This document shows, piece by piece, positions 9,281-19,204 of a DNA stretch of 64,000 bases (positions are counted from its first letter, which is position 1; each line of letters begins with the position of its first letter). The position numbers were made by a program, and so were the translations under genes. Below the pieces are notes generated by a model that was not told the DNA's origin, ran no database searches, and was given only the letters and a program-made list of their open reading frames with translations. Source of the DNA: a virus; IMG/VR virus record IMGVR_UViG_3300022752_002570, positions 1-64,000 of that record, one strand, 5' to 3'.

Positions 9281-9925
9281 ATGAAACATGTAGGTAAGAT
9301 GAAAAGCAACTCTGCTAGAGTAGCAGTAGTTTATAGAACATTGCCAAACGAGCATATGAATGCTCTAGTAGTTGGAACAAACGGTTTGCCAGATGCTTAT
9401 CATGACAGTCTTATGAGTGTAATCGAAAGCGAAGCAGGACAACAGGCAAATGAATTAGCAGACATCCTGGCAACTAGACGTTTCCCAGATGGTGAAGTAA
9501 TGCTTAGTTGGTTACACACAAGGGGTCAGTTGAAAAAAGTTCCAACTAACCTAGTTCTTATGACTCCGAATAATCAAACGCAGATTCCTTTGGATAAACT
9601 AAATGAAATCATCGCAGAACAAAAAGGCGTCAGTGTAGAAGAACTAGCGGTCACAGACGGCAGTCAGAAAAAAGAAAAAACTGCCAAATCAAAAGAAGAA
9701 GTTGTAGTTCCGCCTGCCGATGATCCTGAATACAAACAAATGGTGAACGAAGCGCCTTATCATCCAGGCTATGAAGGTGCCGTGTTTGATAAACCAGTCA
9801 CAGCATCAGACCTACGATCAATGGCTGATAAACTGTTCAAAGAAGCACAGGCTCTGCGTAAGAAAGCAGAAGAGATGGAACCAACGAAGAAAAAAACTAA
9901 AGCAGATAAAGTAGAGGCAGAGTAA
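9281..9925 (+). CDS. hypothetical protein
   Basis: 214-aa ORF, AAGGA SD, charged C-terminal helix. Confidence 0.75.
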   Translation: MKHVGKMKSNSARVAVVYRTLPNEHMNALVVGTNGLPDAYHDSLMSVIESEAGQQANELADILATRRFPDGEVMLSWLHTRGQLKKVPTNLVLMTPNNQTQIPLDKLNEIIAEQKGVSVEELAVTDGSQKKEKTAKSKEEVVVPPADDPEYKQMVNEAPYHPGYEGAVFDKPVTASDLRSMADKLFKEAQALRKKAEEMEPTKKKTKADKVEAE

Positions 9926-10098
9926 TGTTTAAGGTAGGCGATAAGGTTCAAAAGGTGTCAGGCTATCTATGGCCTGGCATTGTGGTAAGTGTATTTGATA
10001 CACTAGCAGGCGAACGAAGAGTAGTTGTAGAATGTACAGTACCTGAAATAAAGGGCGCACTGCACATTTACAATGAATCTCAATTGAAACTGCAATAA
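9925..10098 (+). CDS. DfrB/R67 (type II) dihydrofolate reductase-like SH3-fold protein (57 aa, not in ORF track)
   Basis: MFKVGDKVQKVSGYLWPGIVVSVFDTLAGERRVVVECTVPEIKGALHIYNESQLKLQ* matches the R67 pattern F-x-x-GD-x-V-x-K-x-SG-x-x-W-x-G-x-(I/V)V...VE...G-x-(VQ/LH)IY. TAATG-coupled on both sides, directly upstream of thyA. Confidence 0.7.
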   Translation: MFKVGDKVQKVSGYLWPGIVVSVFDTLAGERRVVVECTVPEIKGALHIYNESQLKLQ

Positions 10099-10979
10099 TG
10101 TCAGAGCGTTCTTATCTAAATTTACTAGAAACTATACTTGCCCAAGGTGAACAACGGGAAGATCGAACAGGTACAGGTACTCTCAGTATATTTGGTCCGC
10201 AACTTCAATTCGATCTTACTCAAGGATTTCCTGCAATAACTACCAAGAAACTGGCATGGAAATCTGTAGTAAGTGAACTCCTATGGTTTATTGAAGGCAG
10301 CAATGACGAAAATAGACTTAGGGAAATACTTCACGGTGAGAGGTATAGCGATAAAAAAACTATTTGGTCAGATAACGCTACTGCTCCTTACTGGACAAAT
10401 AAACGACTGGCACGACATCAAGGTGACTTAGGCAGAATTTACGGTGTACAGTGGCGCAAATGGCGCAAACCTCTAATTAGAATTAATAAAGTAGTACTTC
10501 AAAATCACGATCAGTTATTAGAATTAATTGAAGGAATTAAAAAAGATCCCTATGGTCGCAGGCACATTATAACAGCATGGAATCCAGGTGAATTAGAATT
10601 AATGGCATTACCTCCATGTCACATGATGTCACAATTTTATGTTTCCAAAGACGGTGGACTAAGTTGTCATATGTACCAGAGATCTGCGGATATGTTTTTG
10701 GGAGTGCCTTTCAACATTGCTTCTTATGCCTTGTTCACCCATATGATTGCACAGGTCTGTAATTTACATGCAAAACAGTTAATTATATCATTTGGTGATG
10801 CTCACGTATACTGCAATCATATAGATCAAGTTCGTGAACAACTGACAAGACAGACTCTAGCGATGCCAAGACTAGAACTAAACCCTTCTATTACAGACAT
10901 TAACAAATTTACAATGGAAGATGTTAGTCTTATTAATTATGAAAGTCATCCTGCCATTAAAGCAGATATGGCAGTTTAA
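10098..10979 (+). CDS. thyA: thymidylate synthase
   Basis: DRTGTGT, ELLWFI, LGRIYGVQWR, RRHIITAWNP, LPPCH, YQRSADMFLGVPFN, GDAHVY. Confidence 0.97.
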   Translation: MSERSYLNLLETILAQGEQREDRTGTGTLSIFGPQLQFDLTQGFPAITTKKLAWKSVVSELLWFIEGSNDENRLREILHGERYSDKKTIWSDNATAPYWTNKRLARHQGDLGRIYGVQWRKWRKPLIRINKVVLQNHDQLLELIEGIKKDPYGRRHIITAWNPGELELMALPPCHMMSQFYVSKDGGLSCHMYQRSADMFLGVPFNIASYALFTHMIAQVCNLHAKQLIISFGDAHVYCNHIDQVREQLTRQTLAMPRLELNPSITDINKFTMEDVSLINYESHPAIKADMAV

Positions 10980-12265
10980 ACCATTACTTCGATTCTATCG
11001 TCATCATCTTTAGAATCTTCTAGGGCTTTTCCTAATACAGCACAAGGATGATCGTTATCAGCAGCCGCTTCTGCATAACCTGGTTTAGAACTTGTTACAA
11101 GCAATTGCCCTTTTTTAACAGGTCCATTAACCTTACACAAAACTCTGCCCTTTAAGGCTACGAACGGATGTGTATTGTTTTCTCCTACATCTTCATTCAT
11201 TCTAAATGCAGGATGTTTAGAAATAATACCAGCAACTGATGTATCTGCTCTTTTATTTGTTACTGTAATTTCTTTTTCTCCACCAATTACAACAACGGTT
11301 CCATATGTATAAAAATTGTCTGCTGCATATCTTTCTGCTAAATCTGCATAGAGAGAACTACTGGCAATAGTGCTTAGAACTCTTGTTACTGGATTGTATT
11401 GCAACCCAGTGTTAGCATATACAACAGCAGAACTTGTGCTTGTGCTTAGAAAAGGAACAAAATACGGCTTGTTAGCACTACCCTGGGACGATAATATTTC
11501 TTGATAGGCCATCGATGAAGCATATGTAGCAGTTGATGCAGTTAATGAATGTAATGCTTCTGCTGCTGTTCCCCAAAAATAACTGTCTGTCGCTAGACCT
11601 GTGACTTCTTTTCTAGTAGATCCTGTAACTGCATCTGCGCCTACTAGGGTTATACCTCTAACCAACCTAGTTGTTGTAGGATATATAGGGTATTCTCCTG
11701 GATCACTTACCGATTCAGACGCAGGAACACTATAGGTTTCCTGGCTAACTATGGCAATAACTTCATTGGCGCTACCAATTACTGCCTTAATATTATATAT
11801 AGGCAAATCTAAAGAGTTAGCATTGTACTCAAAATCACCTCGCCACTGTGCTCGTGTATCAGATCCAATTGGGGGTCCTACGGTTATGTAGTCTGATCCA
11901 TCAAAAACATTAATTTGTTTTTTAGATTTGTTATACCACAAGTCACCTTCACGGGGATTTTTTGTAGAACTTGGTATATTGCTTTCAGTAGCGATTTCTA
12001 AATTTGCAACGCCTTTCCAGTATTGACTGTCATAGGCATACAGTCGTTTTTCCGTAGTATTATACCACAATTGCCCTTCAATTGGCTTACTTGGTGCGGA
12101 TGTGTTTGCAAAATTTTCCAGTAATTTTAAGAAATTTTCATTTTGAATCTCACCGTAACCAGCATAGTTCTTTCCTACAAATAATAAATCGGTTGTTTGA
12201 TCTAGACTTGCATCCTGTACTGTGGATAAAATTGTTCCATTAGTTTTATTAAGTATGTACGGCAT
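10976..12265 (-). CDS. tail fibre/baseplate-associated protein with C-terminal chaperone-like domain
   Basis: N-terminal GKNYAGYGE..NENFLKLLENFA..P..GQLWY module. C-terminal YADLAERY...VALKGRV.CKV.G.VKKG.LL...G.ALE resembles intramolecular-chaperone domains. Confidence 0.7.
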   Translation of the reverse strand: MPYILNKTNGTILSTVQDASLDQTTDLLFVGKNYAGYGEIQNENFLKLLENFANTSAPSKPIEGQLWYNTTEKRLYAYDSQYWKGVANLEIATESNIPSSTKNPREGDLWYNKSKKQINVFDGSDYITVGPPIGSDTRAQWRGDFEYNANSLDLPIYNIKAVIGSANEVIAIVSQETYSVPASESVSDPGEYPIYPTTTRLVRGITLVGADAVTGSTRKEVTGLATDSYFWGTAAEALHSLTASTATYASSMAYQEILSSQGSANKPYFVPFLSTSTSSAVVYANTGLQYNPVTRVLSTIASSSLYADLAERYAADNFYTYGTVVVIGGEKEITVTNKRADTSVAGIISKHPAFRMNEDVGENNTHPFVALKGRVLCKVNGPVKKGQLLVTSSKPGYAEAAADNDHPCAVLGKALEDSKDDDDRIEVMV

Positions 12266-12276
12266 TATCTAAATCC

Positions 12277-13482
12277 TTAAACTATAATATTAGTCATTGT
12301 GAAATTACCTAAATTTACACCTACACTTGTGCCAGTGTAATTTTCTAAAGGAGCCCATCGTACAGAGGGGGTATCTATAATTGTAAAATGTCTTATACTA
12401 GTTGTAACTGTGCTAAATGTTACAATTGTACCAGTTACAATATGACTTATTGTTGCATTGGTTAATGTCATAGCGAACGGGGCAACTGCTGCAACTAAAG
12501 ATTCTGGATATAAACTCCATGATCCATTAACCATTAGACCAGATTGTATAGATGTGGTTGTTGAAATAGCAACAGTTAGTGTGCCTGTGCTGTAAAAGTT
12601 TGTTACTGTAGTTAATGTAACAAATTTTTTAAAATCACAGACCACTTTACAACTTGAACCTACAGGGTATTCATTGGTTCCTGGGGGAAATACCTTAGTA
12701 ATCGCACTTGCTATCGCTAGATTTCCATTATCGTATCTTGTTTTATTTGTGACAGTGTTAGCACCAACATTATCAACTAGACCAAATCTAGTAATATCGT
12801 AGTATGAAGATTCTTGTCTAGGTCTAATCAGTATATCACTGCCATTCTGCCTGATTGTTCCTCTTACATTTAAATCATGAAATATAGTTAACCCTTTCAC
12901 AATATTCAAAGTGGTATTAACACTGTAAAACACTGTTCCAGAATTTGAATCTAAGGTAAAATTATCATCAGATATCATGCCTATGTATTCACCCCTTGAA
13001 TACAGAATACTAGGATAATACTGATCTACAGGCACATTGTAATCATATATATTAAATGTTGCTGTATAAAATCCTATAAGGCCATCTTGCGGAGGCGTAT
13101 GAGGTCCAATCAACCAAAATTGTGTTCCGTCATATGCATATGTTTGCTTAGTAGCGTCGTTAAACCAAAACTCTCCTGTGCCCACATCTGTCGGTTCACT
13201 AGAATCTACATAGGAGCCTAGAGAAGTATCCCAATTAGTACCATCGTAGACCTTTAATCTGCCTGCGGTAGTATCGAACCAAATTTGTCCAACTTGTGGA
13301 CTTACAGGCTGTTGGTTATCTGCAAAATTTGTAAGTAATTTAACAAAGTTATTATTAAAATACTCGCCATAGTTATTAACATTTTTACCCAATAATGTCA
13401 AACTTGTTGTAGTATCATCTATTTCGCCAACATCTATGACAGTTAGAACTTCGTCACCATTTTTATAAATTATGTATGCCAT
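12277..13482 (-). CDS. tail fibre/baseplate-associated protein
   Basis: Shares the N-terminal module (GKNVNNYGE..NNNFVKLLTNFA..P..GQIWFD). Thr-rich C-terminus. Confidence 0.65.
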   Translation of the reverse strand: MAYIIYKNGDEVLTVIDVGEIDDTTTSLTLLGKNVNNYGEYFNNNFVKLLTNFADNQQPVSPQVGQIWFDTTAGRLKVYDGTNWDTSLGSYVDSSEPTDVGTGEFWFNDATKQTYAYDGTQFWLIGPHTPPQDGLIGFYTATFNIYDYNVPVDQYYPSILYSRGEYIGMISDDNFTLDSNSGTVFYSVNTTLNIVKGLTIFHDLNVRGTIRQNGSDILIRPRQESSYYDITRFGLVDNVGANTVTNKTRYDNGNLAIASAITKVFPPGTNEYPVGSSCKVVCDFKKFVTLTTVTNFYSTGTLTVAISTTTSIQSGLMVNGSWSLYPESLVAAVAPFAMTLTNATISHIVTGTIVTFSTVTTSIRHFTIIDTPSVRWAPLENYTGTSVGVNLGNFTMTNIIV

Positions 13483-13485
13483 GTT

Positions 13486-15258
13486 TTAAGTCTTTATCAG
13501 ATAGTAAAAAGTTCCTGTGGTTAACGCAGTTGATACATTAGGAACATCAAATGAAGCACCTGCTCCACCATATGAATAACCAATAACATTAAACAGAGCA
13601 AGTTGTGCCGCAGTTGTTGTAGATTGTCCGTTACATAACAGCCAACTAGGTTGTCCGTCCTGTTTATAAATTGCTGGTACCGTAGAAGTAGTCCAAGGAA
13701 CAATCATTCCAGTAGTAAATGAATATTCCCTTGAGTCAGTTAGGAAATGATTTTTACTAATATGCTCCATAGATTGAGACACTGTACCTGTGTTTACTAC
13801 AAGTAAAGACAATGTAGCCGTTGTAGATGTTGTATATGTTGTACCAGTAATTAGTGCTGCATTTGTTGTAGCAGTTAACACTACACTAGCGGTACCATTA
13901 AAGAGCACATTAGTGCTTGTAATTACACCCTCAATTTTAAATGATCGTTGTGTGGTTAATTTTTGTGCAGACTCAACTTCACCATAGATATATACAGATG
14001 TACCAGTTTGTCCTATTCTACTAACATAAATTTGTTCAAAAGGAGTAGATGCAGTACCTATAACTGCTGTAGACGTGTTAGCAACAATATTTTTTGTTGT
14101 TAAAGTGTTAGTAACATTAATAGAATCTCCTACCAATAACGATTGAGTAGTTGACATAACACCAGTTACATTCAATCTTCCGAGAACTTCTACCGCAGTT
14201 TGTGTACTGGCTACAGAAACAGTAATTGTTCCTAAGAAAGAGGCTCCTCCGTTTACAGTTAATGTTCTCGAAGCACCTGTTAACAGTGATGCAGTAGTAT
14301 TAATCCCTACTTTTCTATATTGACCATTAAAAGATATAAAACTTCTATCTTCTATACCTAATTTAAATGTCTGTGCTGTAGCAGTAAATGAAATAGAAGC
14401 CTGTGTTGGCTCTACAATAAATTTAATTTCTGGACTAGAGTTATTTCTTCTTACTGCAAAACCTTGAGGTGACTCTACAATAAAAGTTCCGGTATGTATT
14501 TGTCTAGATGTTGAACCTATCCTTGATCTTAAAACATCAGCAGCACTTACAGTGACTCCACGACTAATCTCTAATGCGCTGGCCCTTGAAGCCAGACCAT
14601 TAAGTACAGCACCGGACTTGCTGGTTAAATTAAGCCCTACCTTGATTTCACCAAATCCATTTATAACAGATCTAGGTGTAAAAGCATAGTAAGAAATTAT
14701 TTCTACTACTTGACCGTCCACCCAGTTCAAAATTACTGGATAAAAGTTTCCAGTACTGCTTTCTAATATAACATTTTCACTACCTGTCTTATTGGCAGAC
14801 GCACTTGTTGTAGGACCAACAACTGTCCATTCAGTTCCATATCTAATTTTAAGTTGATTATTTTGAGTATCTACCCATATATCTCCTTCAGTAACAGACT
14901 GAATATACTGCGTTGAGGGATCAGTGGCCTGCTGATAAATGCCACTTGCTGCTGGCCATCTATCACTGCTTTGATTACCGTTATTGACTCTTAAAATATT
15001 TCTATCTGGATCGCTTGTATCGTACCAAAGTTGCCCTTCAATACTATGTTGAGGGGGATTTGGCCCTGCAAAACTTTCAAGTAACTTGACAAAATTTTGT
15101 TGTAAACTCTGACCGTAAAGTATATACCCTGGCCCTACAAGGTCTAGACTGGTATCGTAGTTGTTGATCCCAGAGCCGTTATTTCCTGTACCAATGACCT
15201 GAATAGGATTTTTAGTAGGATCAGAAAATGTTAAAGTATATATAAACTGAGTTGGCAT
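13486..15258 (-). CDS. tail fibre protein with C-terminal tail-collar domain
   Basis: Same N-terminal module. C-terminal GMIVPW...WLLCNGQ...LFNVIGYSYGG...F.VPN is the phage tail-collar signature. Confidence 0.75.
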   Translation of the reverse strand: MPTQFIYTLTFSDPTKNPIQVIGTGNNGSGINNYDTSLDLVGPGYILYGQSLQQNFVKLLESFAGPNPPQHSIEGQLWYDTSDPDRNILRVNNGNQSSDRWPAASGIYQQATDPSTQYIQSVTEGDIWVDTQNNQLKIRYGTEWTVVGPTTSASANKTGSENVILESSTGNFYPVILNWVDGQVVEIISYYAFTPRSVINGFGEIKVGLNLTSKSGAVLNGLASRASALEISRGVTVSAADVLRSRIGSTSRQIHTGTFIVESPQGFAVRRNNSSPEIKFIVEPTQASISFTATAQTFKLGIEDRSFISFNGQYRKVGINTTASLLTGASRTLTVNGGASFLGTITVSVASTQTAVEVLGRLNVTGVMSTTQSLLVGDSINVTNTLTTKNIVANTSTAVIGTASTPFEQIYVSRIGQTGTSVYIYGEVESAQKLTTQRSFKIEGVITSTNVLFNGTASVVLTATTNAALITGTTYTTSTTATLSLLVVNTGTVSQSMEHISKNHFLTDSREYSFTTGMIVPWTTSTVPAIYKQDGQPSWLLCNGQSTTTAAQLALFNVIGYSYGGAGASFDVPNVSTALTTGTFYYLIKT

Positions 15259-15260
15259 AA

Positions 15261-15920
15261 TTATATTCCGTTACTTAAACTCTGTATCCTTATCGTATAA
15301 TCAACTTGAATTAATCTGTTTAAAGATTTTTGCACTGGATGAAAAATAACATGAGTTAATAATAAACCTAAATTTGGGCCACCGGGGTAATAAGAACGTA
15401 GGCCCAATTCATCAAAAACGAAATCACCTTCTGTGGTAGTAGCATTATCAAACGCTTCTTGTCCTGCAGGCTCGCCAAAATCTAATAAACAACTTACTAG
15501 AACATCGCTGTATGCTACACCCGAAATATGTCTCGCTTCCATAAAGTTTCTAGCAGGATCTGTTGAATAAGGACTTCTAGCATCAACCGTTTTATAGTAA
15601 GTTTGATTGTAAAGGGCCGAACCTGTTCCAATAGTATTTGGTGTAAGATAAGTAATTATACCTGTTGCATCAACCAGCGTACCTCCGTTTCCAAAACACA
15701 TTTCAGCAATAGTTCCTTCACCCTGGTTGGCGATACTTTTTGCCAAGGCAATGCTAAAATTTTCGTAATGAATAGCATTTCTTTTATCTACAAAAACTTC
15801 TTTGCTAACAGGATCAAATATTTTAATATGACCTTGTATAGAAATAGGACTAGTTTCATTTGGCTTTGAAACAGGTTTTTGTTCTTTATTGTCAGGTTTT
15901 GAAGGTATAGTTTGATTCAT
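15261..15920 (-). CDS. putative baseplate/tail structural protein
   Basis: 219-aa ORF in the baseplate operon. FDELGL...THVIFHPVQKS...YTI fibre-base-like motif. TAAATA 5 nt upstream. Confidence 0.6.
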   Translation of the reverse strand: MNQTIPSKPDNKEQKPVSKPNETSPISIQGHIKIFDPVSKEVFVDKRNAIHYENFSIALAKSIANQGEGTIAEMCFGNGGTLVDATGIITYLTPNTIGTGSALYNQTYYKTVDARSPYSTDPARNFMEARHISGVAYSDVLVSCLLDFGEPAGQEAFDNATTTEGDFVFDELGLRSYYPGGPNLGLLLTHVIFHPVQKSLNRLIQVDYTIRIQSLSNGI

Positions 15921-15952
15921 AATGATATTTATTCAATATTTTAAAGTAAATT

Positions 15953-17605
15953 TTATCTACCATATCTAAAAATTTTGCTTCTTGGGTAGACTTGACCTGT
16001 GCTAGGCCTATTTCCATAGTTTTGTACTGGTCCAACTTGTCCATTATCTGGACGTTTTTTTAGAAAGAACAAATATCTATTTGAACTTCCCTGTAATGAT
16101 GTATAGTCAGTAGGTCCTCCACCTGTATCTGTTATTTGACCTACTTTAGAATTGTCTTGAATATACTTTAATGCATCAGCCTGTTTTAGAGTTGGCCAGG
16201 TTTCAGCCAAACAGGCTATCACTCCGCATACTTGAGGACTGCTCATAGAAGTACCAGATTTTTTAGTTTGGTAATAAGAAGCACTTCTAGGATCATTTAC
16301 ATAGGTAACAATAGTAGAATTCACACTACTCATAATTAATCTACCAGGAGCATATACGTCTACTCTAGGACCACAGTTACTAAAATTAACTTTTGAATCG
16401 TTTACTAAACTGTTTATTGCGCCTACACAAATTACATTACTTGCAGCAGTAATCGTTCCTCGGAGATAATAATAAGTAGAACCTGAAACAAAATAATTAT
16501 TATAATCATCACTTGTACTTACATTATAATTTGCAATCTTAGTAAAAGTATTTCCCGCAGCTCCTACCACTATAACACCTGCATTGATCAAATCTTGCAA
16601 ATCCGCTTCAAAGGCTGAATTTCTTGTAGGAGCATAAGCATACGTACCATCATTGAAAATGCCATAACTAGATAGTTGTGCGCTGCTAAATGGACCTGTA
16701 TATACGGTGCCTTGATATCTAACATTGGTTATAGAAGATATAGTTACAGCAGATTCAATCCCGTAACTGTGATTTGTTATGGTAGGATTTTTAACTCCTG
16801 TTACAGGATTTATCTGTTTATTTTGATGCCATACTTTAATATACTGTAAAAAATATGAGGTGTAGGTAGGTGCAGAACCATATGGGTTAATATTAAAAAT
16901 ATTAGAATCTCTGGCCCAACCTTGCAAATTTCCTACAGCAGTTCCAGCAACGTGGCATCCATGATCGTTATCAGTCGTTCTATCAGAATACCCATCACCG
17001 TCATAGTCAGGATAGGTAGCATCTACGTAAGGAGTATACACATAGGTTCCAACGGCGCCACCAGTTACCTGAGGATTGTATGTGTACCAATTGAACTGAT
17101 TTACTCTTGATCCTCCTGTACCGTCCGGATTAACAGCAAATTCTGGGTGAGCAGGATTTATACTACCATCTACAATTACTACATCAACATGTTTTCCGCT
17201 GGCTGTTACATTAACAGTGCCAGATACACTTGTTACACCGTTGCTGCCCCAACCTGCTCTAGTTTGCCCTTCAACGCTTCTAAGGATAGCCCAGTTTCTA
17301 TGTGTATTATTAAGGGTATTACTTTTATTCCATGCTGTACTAGTTTGTGTCCATAACGGTCTAAATACCAATCCCTGTTCTTTGGCACTAAGTTCAACGG
17401 ATTGTACTCTATTATCTCTTCTAATTCTTTCTGCTTCTGAGTCTGTCAGTAGATATGTAGTATTACGACTTATAGGTTGACGTTCGTGAACAGGAATAGC
17501 CCGTCTAGGTATGTAAATTGGCCCTCCTTCATTTTCCATGTCCTCATAAAATCTATCTAAGTCATCGTGGCTATGAAGGGTAATTACATATTCTCTTTGT
17601 GACAT
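15953..17605 (-). CDS. subtilisin-like S8 serine protease
   Basis: Catalytic motifs VVIVDG, HGCHVAG, AAGN (oxyanion), FSNCGPRVDVYAPG, GTSMSSPQVCG. N-terminal propeptide-like segment. Confidence 0.9.
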   Translation of the reverse strand: MSQREYVITLHSHDDLDRFYEDMENEGGPIYIPRRAIPVHERQPISRNTTYLLTDSEAERIRRDNRVQSVELSAKEQGLVFRPLWTQTSTAWNKSNTLNNTHRNWAILRSVEGQTRAGWGSNGVTSVSGTVNVTASGKHVDVVIVDGSINPAHPEFAVNPDGTGGSRVNQFNWYTYNPQVTGGAVGTYVYTPYVDATYPDYDGDGYSDRTTDNDHGCHVAGTAVGNLQGWARDSNIFNINPYGSAPTYTSYFLQYIKVWHQNKQINPVTGVKNPTITNHSYGIESAVTISSITNVRYQGTVYTGPFSSAQLSSYGIFNDGTYAYAPTRNSAFEADLQDLINAGVIVVGAAGNTFTKIANYNVSTSDDYNNYFVSGSTYYYLRGTITAASNVICVGAINSLVNDSKVNFSNCGPRVDVYAPGRLIMSSVNSTIVTYVNDPRSASYYQTKKSGTSMSSPQVCGVIACLAETWPTLKQADALKYIQDNSKVGQITDTGGGPTDYTSLQGSSNRYLFFLKKRPDNGQVGPVQNYGNRPSTGQVYPRSKIFRYGR

Positions 17606-19201
17606 TTAGGCTTCCAGTTGAAGTAATACTAAAGAAACACTTACTGTGCTCGCACCTGAATGTTTATTCGTTACTTGAAGATAGACTGTGCTAGTAGTAG
17701 GTGCATCGTTATTAAATCCTACAACACCAGGAGTGATTAATTGCGTTAAAGATCCTGCTGTAGTTATTACCTCTGCAAGTATACCTGCTCCAGGGAGTGG
17801 ATCATTACCCTCTGCTCTAGTTAGATCATTAGATCTACTAGTACTATCTGAATAAATTCTTACCCAAGCAGGGACAGATGTGCTGACTTTTGATAATACA
17901 TATGATCTATATCCTACAACATGTGTGGTAGCACTAAACCCTACTGCTAGCGAATTAGTTACAGTCGTGGAGGTGGTCCTTAAGCCTAGGCTTGTTCCAC
18001 CTCCACCGCTGACAATTGTTGTCCAAGTTGAATCATAATTAGTATTACTTGCTTTGACTAGAGCCTGTCCGGTCGTGCCACCTTCTCTTATACCCGGACC
18101 TGTTGGCCCAGACGGTCCTTGAGGTCCAATAGCGCCTGTAGGGCCAATAGCGCCTGTAGGCCCTGTAATCCCTCCAGGCCCAGTTGGCCCAGTCGGCCCA
18201 GTTGGTCCAGTGGGGCCGCTTGGTCCTCCGCTTGGTCCAGTAGGTCCTTCTGGTCCTGTAGGTCCAGTTACACCAGGATCTCCTTGAAAGCCTCTAGGTC
18301 CTTGTGGTCCTTGTGGTCCCTTAGGTCCCTGCGGTCCGCTTGGTCCTCCGCTTGGTCCCGTTGGGCCTACAGGTCCCTGCGGTCCCTGCGGTCCCTCTGG
18401 ATCTCCTTTATCACCCGTTGGCTGAAAAATAAATGCTAAGTCTTGATTTAAACTTGGAAGAGCCCCACTAAGATACGTTACAGGAACCTCTAAATGATTA
18501 CTCTGATTAGTGACTGTTCCTATTACTTTAAAAATGTTTGTCGTAACTGTACTAGTACTTTGAGTATTGTTTATATATAATATACCCTTGCTAGAATCTG
18601 ATGTACTATCGTCCCAACTTAATACCCAATTTGTCTGATTATGCCCTAGAGCGTCAATTTTTGAAATTACTAAAATTGTTGCAGAGGTAATATTACCAGA
18701 ATTATATCTTACATTACCATTACCCGGATTTGATAAAGTAGTTAACACACTAAAATTATAGTAAACACCAGACCTCGGTCCACTTGGGCCTGTGATTCCT
18801 GTAGGACCGGTCGGGCCTTGTGGTCCAGAAGGTCCTTGCGGGCCTCCTGGTGGTCCTGTTATACCTGCTGGTCCGGTTGGTCCTGTTACGCCTACACCAG
18901 TTGGTCCTGTTATACCTGCTGGTCCGGTTGGGCCAGTTGGTCCACTAGGTCCTCCACTTGGACCTGTTGGTCCTAATGCGCCAGTTGGTCCTGTGACTCC
19001 TGCTGGTCCACTGGGACCGGTTGGTCCGCTTACACCTGTAGGACCCACCGTCCCTACATAGCCTAATCCTGCAACAGCACTAAGAATTTGGTTCTTAATC
19101 GTATTGTATGTTACTCTCCGTGTCAACTGATTATCCACAACTATAAAAGTTGTAGATGTAGTTGCTGTAGATAAAATATTCAGTTGTGCAACGTTAGGCA
19201 T
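17606..19201 (-). CDS. collagen-like fibre protein
   Basis: Two long Gly-X-Y blocks (GPT/GPS/GPQ) separated by a globular domain. [20 protein letters not shown] motif. Confidence 0.9.
   Translation of the reverse strand: MPNVAQLNILSTATTSTTFIVVDNQLTRRVTYNTIKNQILSAVAGLGYVGTVGPTGVSGPTGPSGPAGVTGPTGALGPTGPSGGPSGPTGPTGPAGITGPTGVGVTGPTGPAGITGPPGGPQGPSGPQGPTGPTGITGPSGPRSGVYYNFSVLTTLSNPGNGNVRYNSGNITSATILVISKIDALGHNQTNWVLSWDDSTSDSSKGILYINNTQSTSTVTTNIFKVIGTVTNQSNHLEVPVTYLSGALPSLNQDLAFIFQPTGDKGDPEGPQGPQGPVGPTGPSGGPSGPQGPKGPQGPQGPRGFQGDPGVTGPTGPEGPTGPSGGPSGPTGPTGPTGPTGPGGITGPTGAIGPTGAIGPQGPSGPTGPGIREGGTTGQALVKASNTNYDSTWTTIVSGGGGTSLGLRTTSTTVTNSLAVGFSATTHVVGYRSYVLSKVSTSVPAWVRIYSDSTSRSNDLTRAEGNDPLPGAGILAEVITTAGSLTQLITPGVVGFNNDAPTTSTVYLQVTNKHSGASTVSVSLVLLQLEA
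18095..18420 (-). repeat. Gly-X-Y collagen repeat block 2
   Basis: 9-nt periodic GGN-CCN-NNN repeats. Confidence 0.85.
18775..19050 (-). repeat. Gly-X-Y collagen repeat block 1
   Basis: 9-nt periodic GGN-CCN-NNN repeats. Confidence 0.85.
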
Positions 19202-19204
19202 ACC

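Noticed and set aside
10098-10979. Intron in thyA, or a dCMP/dUMP hydroxymethylase instead of ThyA
   Set aside because: The ORF is continuous and retains canonical PPCH, RSAD and the dUMP-specifying Asn (PFN).
10976-10979. Convergent genes sharing overlapping stop codons (also 51183-86 and 56617-20)
   Set aside because: This is ordinary genome compaction, with no sign of a special mechanism.
18119-19061. Plus-strand ORFs 18119-18439 and 18792-19061
   Set aside because: These are antisense shadows of the GC-rich collagen repeats.
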